Below, one piece after another: positions 56,317 to 64,000 of a stretch of DNA of 64,000 nt. The stretch lies in sequence record MH595538.1. One strand, given 5' to 3'. The notes beneath the pieces are model-generated. The model searched no databases. It was given only the letters and a program-made list of their open reading frames with translations, and was not told where the DNA came from. The position numbers and the translations under genes were made by a program. Numbering within the stretch: the first letter of the stretch is position 1; every line of letters starts with the position of its first letter.

Positions 56317-56796
56317 ATGATGTACTCTCTTTTTATACCGAATAGCCTTAAAGATGCTTTGGCTGCACATGGATGCAAAATAGAATCGGCACTAGAGTTC
56401 AAGAAGCTGAAAGAATATCTTGACATGTCAGAATTCTATCGCTGTCAAGATCAGACTCGTGCAGTCCTAGCAAAGCTAAAACAAAACTGGCCAGATCTTC
56501 CTATTTACGTTCCTGGTGAGAACGAGAATGCTGATATTGTTCAGCTTAATGAACTATCGGTAAACAGCGAAGGGTTCGATGAACTATATGCTTCGACTGC
56601 TTTATCGACAAATACAGTAGAGGCGTCACAGATGCTAGAATGTGTCGTCACTGTCGATGGTTATCTTTTATTGACGGAGTCTTCTGTTCAGCTAGAAGAC
56701 ACTTTTCTTGAGCGCGTAATTAAGGCCTTAGAAGATACCAAATCAATTGACGACATACTCAAACATGAAGTGAGTGTGTACTTCTGTAAAATTTAA
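56317..56796 (+). CDS. Head-associated protein (gp119 position)
   Basis: 159-aa ORF directly upstream of the major capsid gene. Confidence 0.65.
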   Translation: MMYSLFIPNSLKDALAAHGCKIESALEFKKLKEYLDMSEFYRCQDQTRAVLAKLKQNWPDLPIYVPGENENADIVQLNELSVNSEGFDELYASTALSTNTVEASQMLECVVTVDGYLLLTESSVQLEDTFLERVIKALEDTKSIDDILKHEVSVYFCKI

Positions 56797-56842
56797 ACTT
56801 AAAATTTCCTTTAAAACATAATACCGATCGGAGAATATTATT

Positions 56843-59035
56843 ATGGGTTACTACAATAAGGGCGAAGAAACTCCTTATGCTAAAGCACATACGGCACTGT
56901 CATTAGCTCTTTCTGAAAACAAGCTGGGCGATGAAGAAAGTGCTAAAGATATCGCTAGCATGGTTTCTGTTGAATCTCTAGACGAAGCAGTCATGGGTCG
57001 CATGGAAAACGTCGCAGATGGCATTGAAATGGTGTTTCAGTCTGGCGCAGTAGAAGACATGCTTTACACCTATGCTGGCTGTCAGCCGGGCGAAGATCGT
57101 ACTCCTTACAAACACGTTGTTGATCAAGCGAAACGCGCAATGATGGATGCTTGTCTAGCATCTGGTGACGCACTTACGTACCACAACTCTTACGTGAGTC
57201 CTCAGTCTGCAGACAACAAAACTACTGTCTTCGGTTCTGAAGATCACTCAGAGCAGGTTCTAGCGATCGAAAACTTCGATAACTTCAAGTTCGACGGTTT
57301 CCGCGTAGAATCAATTCTTTCTGCAGGTCTAACAGTTGCAACAACTCCATTTGCAGCAGCGTTTAAACCAGTTGTTGTTCCAGCATCTCAGTCTGGTCTA
57401 GACATGCAGATCACTATTCCTCAAGTTTACGGTCGTACTCAGCACCCTGATAGCGGCGCTCCTTGGGAACTAGAAAAACACTCAATCGTTAAAGCGGCAC
57501 TAGACCACACTATCCTAGAAGCGAACCACACTCGCATCTACCCTGTGGCAGCACACAAAAACGATGGCGGTACATTCGATGCACACACTGCAAACGACCC
57601 GTACCTAGTAGCAGCTGGTGATGTTTCTAACCAAACAATCACTGTTGGCACAACTGAATACCAAACTCGTCCTATTAAGTACGGTACAAAAGTAAACCTA
57701 ATCGGTGTGTCTAATCACGCTGGCATCAAAGCCACTGGTATGCAAACTGAAATGGATACTCTAGATCCAATGGTTTCTATCGGTGTTCAGTACATCAAAG
57801 CAAACAACGGTTCTGGTGGCGAAGCAGCACTCAAAGCAGACATCACTACTCTGCAAGGCGCGCTTCTAAACATCATGGCGGAAGGTAAGCACCCAGACAC
57901 TAGCACTTCTTTCGAAGGCTCAGTATGGATTAGTCACGACTCTCTAACAGCGGCTGGTGCGACTGTTGAAGCAACATTCGGTATTGGCGCGCTTCTAAAC
58001 CTTGCAGCTAATACTCCGTACAAGTTCAAGCTGACTATGCGTATCCACGCAACTGTTGACCAGCGTAATAAGAACATGGAAGTTGACTTGACTCGCGTTG
58101 AGTTCGGTCAGGTTCTTGCAGGCGCAGATTTCGGCACTACTATCGATGTAGGTAGCACTGAACACAATGCTCTTAAAGCAGGCGTATCGCTAGAAGGTCT
58201 AGGCTTTATGCCAGATGCACGTCGCTCAAACAGCAACATGCGCGACCTTGCGACTATCGTTGACCGTGGTACAACTACTAAGTTCCGCCTAGCGTGTCCA
58301 ATGGAAGCACCAATCTCATCTGTGAAACCAATCACAATGATGGGCTCTGGTGTAACACTAGATACTCTAACTGCTGTTAAGCGTATGCGTAACCTAGGCA
58401 CTGCTGCAACTGCACTGCTTGACTTCGAGAAGCGTCTAATCGCAACTCAAGGTATCGAAGACAGCCTATTGGCAATCGGTGATACCCTAGTTGACTCTAC
58501 GTACTTGCCTCGTGAAATCGACGTAACTGCTGCTGTTCGTACTATTCACTCTAAGAATGGTCTAGAAGACTTGCAGAACCAAATCGTTAACGCGATCGTA
58601 ATGCAAGCAAACGAAATGCTAGTTGACTCTGGTTACCGTAATGCACTTAAAGTGTACACTGGTAACGCAAACAACTTCGAAGTTAGCCTGTTCGCAGACC
58701 CAATCGTTTCTAACTTGATCATGTCTGCTGGTGATGGACGTACTCTTGGTAACAAGCGTCGCTTCAGCATCAACGAACTTGACGATCGTCGTTTCCGTAA
58801 CATCGTATACATCTCGTTCTCTCGTACAGATGTTAACGGCGCGGATCCATTGAACTTCGGTTGTCACCTATCTTCTCCTGCGATGATTTACCAAGCGACA
58901 ACTACTAAAGGTGGTGCAGTCTCTGGTGAAACACAAATGATCCCTCGTGAAGCGTTCTACGTAACTCTTCCGATCCTAGGTCGTTTGGATATCAAGGGAC
59001 TAGAAGGCTACTTCCACAACATGACAAACAACTAA
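56843..59035 (+). CDS. Major capsid protein (gp120-like)
   Basis: 730 aa; acidic propeptide with SVE/S and AIE/NFD sites; R.RSNSNMR and LPILGRLDI motifs; extreme high-expression codon bias; strong terminator after. Confidence 0.88.
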   Translation: MGYYNKGEETPYAKAHTALSLALSENKLGDEESAKDIASMVSVESLDEAVMGRMENVADGIEMVFQSGAVEDMLYTYAGCQPGEDRTPYKHVVDQAKRAMMDACLASGDALTYHNSYVSPQSADNKTTVFGSEDHSEQVLAIENFDNFKFDGFRVESILSAGLTVATTPFAAAFKPVVVPASQSGLDMQITIPQVYGRTQHPDSGAPWELEKHSIVKAALDHTILEANHTRIYPVAAHKNDGGTFDAHTANDPYLVAAGDVSNQTITVGTTEYQTRPIKYGTKVNLIGVSNHAGIKATGMQTEMDTLDPMVSIGVQYIKANNGSGGEAALKADITTLQGALLNIMAEGKHPDTSTSFEGSVWISHDSLTAAGATVEATFGIGALLNLAANTPYKFKLTMRIHATVDQRNKNMEVDLTRVEFGQVLAGADFGTTIDVGSTEHNALKAGVSLEGLGFMPDARRSNSNMRDLATIVDRGTTTKFRLACPMEAPISSVKPITMMGSGVTLDTLTAVKRMRNLGTAATALLDFEKRLIATQGIEDSLLAIGDTLVDSTYLPREIDVTAAVRTIHSKNGLEDLQNQIVNAIVMQANEMLVDSGYRNALKVYTGNANNFEVSLFADPIVSNLIMSAGDGRTLGNKRRFSINELDDRRFRNIVYISFSRTDVNGADPLNFGCHLSSPAMIYQATTTKGGAVSGETQMIPREAFYVTLPILGRLDIKGLEGYFHNMTNN

Positions 59036-59076
59036 TTGAGTGTCATGTCTGGATAGTCAACTATCTGTCACTGATT

Positions 59077-59117
59077 CAGGATGCCCTTCGGGGCATCCTG
59101 TAATCCTTTTATTTTTT
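59077..59117 (+). terminator. Intrinsic terminator after the capsid gene
   Basis: CAGGATGCCC-TTCG-GGGCATCCTG followed by T tracts. Confidence 0.85.
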
Positions 59118-59118
59118 A

Positions 59119-59144
59119 GGACAGGGCCCTTACGGGTCCTGTTC
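59119..59144 (+). other. Second hairpin
   Basis: GGACAGGGCCC-TTAC-GGGTCCTGTTC with G-U pairs. Confidence 0.55.
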
Positions 59145-59150
59145 AACAAT

Positions 59151-59171
59151 ATTTTACTTCTATATCACCAT
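59151..59171 (+). promoter_or_regulatory. Candidate early promoter, copy 3
   Basis: ATTTTACTTCTATATCACCAT upstream of the unit leading to nvRNAP beta-N. Confidence 0.7.
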
Positions 59172-59244
59172 AGTGTCCTGTCGCAATTATATTTTAAAAT
59201 AAATTGCGCAGATTAATGAAGCTAATTTTTATTTTCCCTCGTCC

Positions 59245-60396
59245 ATGTCCGGACAACAATCACGAGACTGTAATATGAGTTCACGTAAAACAGAGAGTGA
59301 GCTTGATAATCAATATGAGTTTCTGGGTACGATTCTGCCGTTGTTCATTAATGGCCAGTATCACTGTAATGAGATCTTTGGAGATCGACATAGCAGTATT
59401 TACGCACCTTCAGAAACCGTTACGATCATCAATCTTACTCACGGTAAAACTATCTTCTATGTACGGCCCGATGGCGCAGTAGGCATTGCTGAAAGATCGC
59501 ATCATATTCATATACGGAACGATCACCATATGTGCAATAGTGAAAAGCAAGCAATCCATGACGCTATCGGGGATTTCAATCACTTGGGTGGTGTACTGAT
59601 CCAGATACGTGCTTCTGGTACTCGCTATGAGTTCCCAGAACAAACTAGACCAGACTTTAAAATATTCGAAGTTGAAAGAGTGCCGTCTCCAGGCCGCGGT
59701 CCATCGCACGTATTTGATTATTATATCCACATACCTGAACATGTTCTTAGTAACAAACCAGAGGGCTTCTTTGTTCCTCATGTTGGCTTTACGGTAAGTC
59801 TTTATCGCGGCAGGATAAAGAACCAGTTCCTAGAGAATCGAGGATTATGTACAGCAAACGGCATGCGCGCTACTGGCTGGTACATTGTACTTGACTCTGA
59901 TGAATCTTCTTATGCAAGTCTGTGGTATAAACTGACTAACAATTTTGAAGAAGTAAGATCAATAGGAACTCGAAACGGCAAGGCCAGTGAGACAATAAAG
60001 ATTTATAGGTTTGATAACAGCGTTTCCCCTGTACTAGTGAAAACAGCCTTGATCGATGATGCTATAGATAATGGAGTTTCATTTGAAAACAATGGCGTAG
60101 CTTATCACATCCCATTCTTTCTCGATAAACGTGCCTGTAGGGACTGGATTAAAGCGAAGAAAGAAAAAGAGAGTGAAGAGTACATTGAAGAGATAAACAA
60201 GCTTAGAGACCATCTCAGGAAGTCTGAAGAGCGAGCTAAAAAGGCAGAAGAAAATGCCGATAAAGAAGCACATCGCGCACGCAAAGCTGAACAGAAACAA
60301 ACGGAGACGAAAGACAGCATTGTGACGAGAGCTCTTATCTTCTTTGCTGGCTTGGCACCAACAATCGTCAAGTTAGTGACCTGGCTGCTTAAGTAA
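59245..60396 (+). CDS. Hypothetical protein with coiled coil and C-terminal membrane anchor (gp122 position)
   Basis: 383 aa; charged coiled coil then ALIFFAGLAPTIVKLVTWLL; start may instead be 59275. Confidence 0.7.
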   Translation: MSGQQSRDCNMSSRKTESELDNQYEFLGTILPLFINGQYHCNEIFGDRHSSIYAPSETVTIINLTHGKTIFYVRPDGAVGIAERSHHIHIRNDHHMCNSEKQAIHDAIGDFNHLGGVLIQIRASGTRYEFPEQTRPDFKIFEVERVPSPGRGPSHVFDYYIHIPEHVLSNKPEGFFVPHVGFTVSLYRGRIKNQFLENRGLCTANGMRATGWYIVLDSDESSYASLWYKLTNNFEEVRSIGTRNGKASETIKIYRFDNSVSPVLVKTALIDDAIDNGVSFENNGVAYHIPFFLDKRACRDWIKAKKEKESEEYIEEINKLRDHLRKSEERAKKAEENADKEAHRARKAEQKQTETKDSIVTRALIFFAGLAPTIVKLVTWLLK

Positions 60397-60418
60397 TAAC
60401 AGCGAGAATAAATTGTTT

Positions 60419-60425
60419 GTTAGAT
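60419..60425 (+). promoter_or_regulatory. GTTAGAT motif upstream of nvRNAP beta-N
   Basis: Same heptamer, 34 nt before the ATG. Confidence 0.45.
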
Positions 60426-60459
60426 ACCATGCAACCAATGATAAAAGGACTGTGCCATT

Positions 60460-62031
60460 ATGGTTGACCCCGATATTATCTCCTATATGGAGAAGGACCG
60501 CCCTGTATGGAACCGAAAGGTTTGTGAGGGCCTGGCAATATCAGAAATGCCTAAGGTAGCACCAGAGTTAGATCGTGTCATACGCTGCGGTTTAGATGAA
60601 TGTGTCGAAGGACTCAAGTATGTTGATTGTCAACGTACCGATCCTCGTGAGCATTTAGCTGAATCAGTGCGAGCCAGGAACGGCAAGCATCAGCTAGAAC
60701 AGACCAGATCGAACCTGGTAATGCATAAATTCAGATTCACTTTTAGAGGAAAGCCATTACATAAATATTTAGCCATTCCGTATGTCGATAGCCAGGGCTT
60801 CCTGGTGATGCGTGATACGAACTATGTTATCTCGCCCACAATGGATAACAAGTTTCATGGCGTTGATAAGGGACTTATCTTTGTTCCGTTTACAAGACTG
60901 CGTGTTAAGTTCTTCCGTGAGCCACATCACTTCTTGTCTGATCGCCGTATGGTTACTGCCGATACTTATTGGTCACGTATCCATACAGTGGGTAAGAATG
61001 ATGCTGCGACCAATCGTAATCCACAGCTATTGAATTATCTCATGTGCTGGATGGGTGCGACTCAAGCATTTAAGTTCATGGATGTCAATGCAGTCTTTGG
61101 TGATGAAGATAGCTTAAACGAAGTTGATTTCCCTCGTGACGAATGGGTCATTTGTCGTAGCAGCGGACTTAAACCTCGTGCTAGAATGTCTAACTACATT
61201 CCGCCTAAGACCATGGTTGCAATTAAGAGAAGCGAGTATTCAAGACATACAGAAAACATCCTGGCGTCTTTCTTCTATATTCTCGATAACTGCAGCGATT
61301 GGGATTTCTTAACTCCAGAAAATATGGATCAGGTTCAAGTATGGCGCCGTGCCCTATGTCGCTTTATCTGGAAGAACCCTGACCCTAGACTTTCATTAGA
61401 AGAGTTAGATACTCACATGGCTGGCTTAGAAGAATACATCGACGAGATTATTCAGAATAAGCTAAGGGCAGAACGTATCAATGTCAGTAACATTCAAGAG
61501 TTCTTCAAGTATCTTATTGATAACTTTTCGAATATCGTACTTGACAATGATCCAGCAGGTGTATTAGGTAAGCAACTAAGCATCGTCCCACAGGTTACAT
61601 TCTCTGTGGTCAAGATGATCAATAATGTTATGTTCATTCTCAAGCGTGTTCCAAAAGAACGCCTTACGGAGAAAAAGATTATTGATGTCTTTAATCGAAA
61701 CTTCAGTGCGGCTAAGTTCATGCTGTTAACAACTCCTGAACATCCAGAAGTACAAATGGCTGAATCCGCTACCTCGTGTCTTCCTAAGAAGATCACAAGT
61801 GTAATGGTGAGACCGAGTCGTACTTCAGGTAGTCAAACAGGTCAATCTCAGGACCCGCAGAACATTCTACATCATGACTTTATTCGTATACACAGCGTAC
61901 GAATGGTAACCAAGGCATCGTTCTCGGCAACCGGTCGTATCAATCCGAATGTAATGCTGAGTCCAACCAATGAGATTATTGAAGATCCAAGACTTACGCC
62001 ATATGCTGAAGAATTTAAACGACTCAGGTAG
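60460..62031 (+). CDS. rpoB: nvRNAP beta N-terminal subunit (gp123-like)
   Basis: YLAIPYV...FLVMRDTNYVISP matches the beta N-terminal region; C-terminal HHDF...GRINP; follows the capsid unit as gp123 does. Confidence 0.75.
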   Translation: MVDPDIISYMEKDRPVWNRKVCEGLAISEMPKVAPELDRVIRCGLDECVEGLKYVDCQRTDPREHLAESVRARNGKHQLEQTRSNLVMHKFRFTFRGKPLHKYLAIPYVDSQGFLVMRDTNYVISPTMDNKFHGVDKGLIFVPFTRLRVKFFREPHHFLSDRRMVTADTYWSRIHTVGKNDAATNRNPQLLNYLMCWMGATQAFKFMDVNAVFGDEDSLNEVDFPRDEWVICRSSGLKPRARMSNYIPPKTMVAIKRSEYSRHTENILASFFYILDNCSDWDFLTPENMDQVQVWRRALCRFIWKNPDPRLSLEELDTHMAGLEEYIDEIIQNKLRAERINVSNIQEFFKYLIDNFSNIVLDNDPAGVLGKQLSIVPQVTFSVVKMINNVMFILKRVPKERLTEKKIIDVFNRNFSAAKFMLLTTPEHPEVQMAESATSCLPKKITSVMVRPSRTSGSQTGQSQDPQNILHHDFIRIHSVRMVTKASFSATGRINPNVMLSPTNEIIEDPRLTPYAEEFKRLR

Positions 62032-62037
62032 GTATCA

Positions 62038-64000
62038 ATGAAACCTTATGACTTAGGTCTATTCCAGGCTACGGGTTCAACCCGCTGGTTATCCCCAAGG
62101 TATGTAAGAGATGCTATCACTGACAATGGAATCACTAAGGTTTATGAAGGCCCTAAGATAACTGGAGGATTAGAAACTGATGAGTTTCTGATGACTGCAG
62201 CAAGAAGGGGTATTGAGAAATCATTAGATAGTATTCCGTATGATTCTCTTTTGCGAAAGTATGTAGATGAGATTGAGAACCCAGCTGACACTAAGGCATT
62301 TATGTCTCCGGTGGCACTGGACTTACTCGTCTATGTATATCGATCAGTTGTCTATGAGAATGCAAGAGCGATGAGAGGACAGCCAGGACTAGCCCCTGGC
62401 TATGCCAATCGTATTGCTGATCATGCCAGTGATTTGACTTTCAGTGCTCTATGCTTTGCCTATATGCAAGACCATAACCGTCTTTCATTCGGCCCTAACA
62501 TAAAGACCGCAGAAGAGATTGCCAACAACATACCTAGCTTTCAGGAGCAGGTAGTCAGTCGTGCCGAAGTGACACGTCAACATTCCTTGTTTCTTAACAA
62601 CAGGTTCAATAGCCAAGGACTTGTGGATGGACTAGATGCCGAAATGGCATTTGCCATGCAAGAGAAGCAAAGATTGACGGGTCCCGAAAACAGCCTCAGT
62701 GGACTTATCGCCCAAGGTGAGTCCCGGATGGTACAGATACCGGAGGTAGTGGGAATGGAAGATGACTTTACTATGGATCTCGATAGACTAGAACGTCTTG
62801 AGAAATGGTCCGATGAAACAGTTATCGAAGCCAGAGAAGCGTATTATCGAGAAAAGGAAACAGAGCTTGCCAAACAAGCACAAGGAAAACAGCTGAGTAA
62901 ACGAATAGCGAGTTCTCTGAGTGCCGACGGTAAGACTATGGACCCTAATGCCATGATGCCTTCTTCTATGAATGCGTCGCCGCAACAGCAGCAAGTAGGC
63001 TTTGAAGAAAGCCAATCCGTTCAGAATCATGAAGACATAAAAGTCATTGATAACGAAGCTGAACGTTTCCCAGAATTTGAATTTAAATCAGGAGAAGTTA
63101 TGTACACGCAACCTAATCAGTACACCATGAATCAATATGCTCAGCAGCCTCAAGGCGACCCTTACAATCAAATGGGTCAGGTAAGATTGCCAAGCGGACA
63201 GGCAATCTCATTACAGCAAGGTACTAAGCTACTAGTGGATAAATACGCTAATCCTATCCTGCGTGCTGACGGCCAAATCATTGCAGTGGCAGCAAATTCA
63301 TGCGATTGTCGCACACTAGAAGTATCAATGGGTAACAATGGACAGCCTATCTTTTCTAATGACGGTAATCCATATGTTACGACAGATACTCCTTCTGGAA
63401 AAATGCCATTCCCTATTGGCCAGTCCCAGCAAGCTGAATACAATCAATGCATGCAGAATGGCGGTCAGACACAAGCTCAGTCAATGCCGCCGCAACAACA
63501 GCAGTATAATCATCAAGCGAGTGATCCATGGGCCCACTTGAAGCAGTCTGTACAGCAGCAAGAAAGCAATGCTCCGGCTACGTCCAGTACACCTCAGCAG
63601 TATGACGAAGACCTTACTCTTCCTGCATGGAAACGTAAACATAAGCCTGCTGTATCACCTGCTTCTGAGGCAGCAATGGGTAAAGAGGAGACTCCTTCAT
63701 GGAACGGCATCCCTATGCCCACTGAAAATACCACTGCGAAATCTGAAGTAGCATCACCTGCTGTATCGATTGGCGCAAATCCATTTAACATTGTTCTGGA
63801 CGATGTGGAAATTACTGCCTGTCTTGCTAAAGATGCAAACTTCCGTGCACTACCTGCTTATTCCTTTGAAGGAAAGGTATGCATTGATGAACGTAAACAC
63901 CTCATTGCTCTAGCCATGTTAAAGAACGGCAAAGCAGTTGAGATCGCTTTATCTAAGAGAGAATTTATGGACCGTAAAGATCACGACCCTTATTACTTGT
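62038..64000 (+). CDS. Long ORF truncated by the window end (gp124 position), absent from the ORF track
   Basis: Read manually: ATG 62038 (MKPYDLGLFQATG...) stays open for more than 650 codons to the window edge; contains Q/P/N-rich segments. Confidence 0.85.
   Translation, partial: MKPYDLGLFQATGSTRWLSPRYVRDAITDNGITKVYEGPKITGGLETDEFLMTAARRGIEKSLDSIPYDSLLRKYVDEIENPADTKAFMSPVALDLLVYVYRSVVYENARAMRGQPGLAPGYANRIADHASDLTFSALCFAYMQDHNRLSFGPNIKTAEEIANNIPSFQEQVVSRAEVTRQHSLFLNNRFNSQGLVDGLDAEMAFAMQEKQRLTGPENSLSGLIAQGESRMVQIPEVVGMEDDFTMDLDRLERLEKWSDETVIEAREAYYREKETELAKQAQGKQLSKRIASSLSADGKTMDPNAMMPSSMNASPQQQQVGFEESQSVQNHEDIKVIDNEAERFPEFEFKSGEVMYTQPNQYTMNQYAQQPQGDPYNQMGQVRLPSGQAISLQQGTKLLVDKYANPILRADGQIIAVAANSCDCRTLEVSMGNNGQPIFSNDGNPYVTTDTPSGKMPFPIGQSQQAEYNQCMQNGGQTQAQSMPPQQQQYNHQASDPWAHLKQSVQQQESNAPATSSTPQQYDEDLTLPAWKRKHKPAVSPASEAAMGKEETPSWNGIPMPTENTTAKSEVASPAVSIGANPFNIVLDDVEITACLAKDANFRALPAYSFEGKVCIDERKHLIALAMLKNGKAVEIALSKREFMDRKDHDPYYL

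Noticed and set aside
1-64000. tRNA, rRNA, CRISPR arrays, integrase or transposase, stop-codon recoding
   Set aside because: Intergenic gaps are short and explained by terminators and promoters; no cloverleaf was seen by eye (tRNAscan not run); genes read full length in the standard code.

Overview
This 64 kb window is the conserved core of a phiKZ-like, nucleus-forming jumbo phage genome (Chimalliviridae-type). Gene order follows the phiKZ gp49-gp124 region. It contains a split family-B DNA polymerase, the chimallin shell gene, all five non-virion RNA polymerase subunits, one virion RNAP beta' piece, PicA- and ChmC-position genes, SF2 and DnaB helicases, an SbcD-like nuclease, baseplate and internal head proteins, the major capsid protein and an overlapping spanin pair. 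No tRNA, CRISPR array, intron, intein or transposase was seen. Best leads beyond the known core: a 21-nt probable early promoter ahead of chmA and two nvRNAP-related units; a second GTTAGAT promoter-like motif; a structured chmA leader with two possible starts; an inserted, complementary ClpP-like pair; prion-like Q/N/Y/P domains in shell-associated proteins; a five-gene paralog array; and a membrane M48-like protease among head proteins. phiKZ gp numbers come from recalled synteny and motifs, not database searches. Some start coordinates were moved to the ATG with a Shine-Dalgarno (SD) site.
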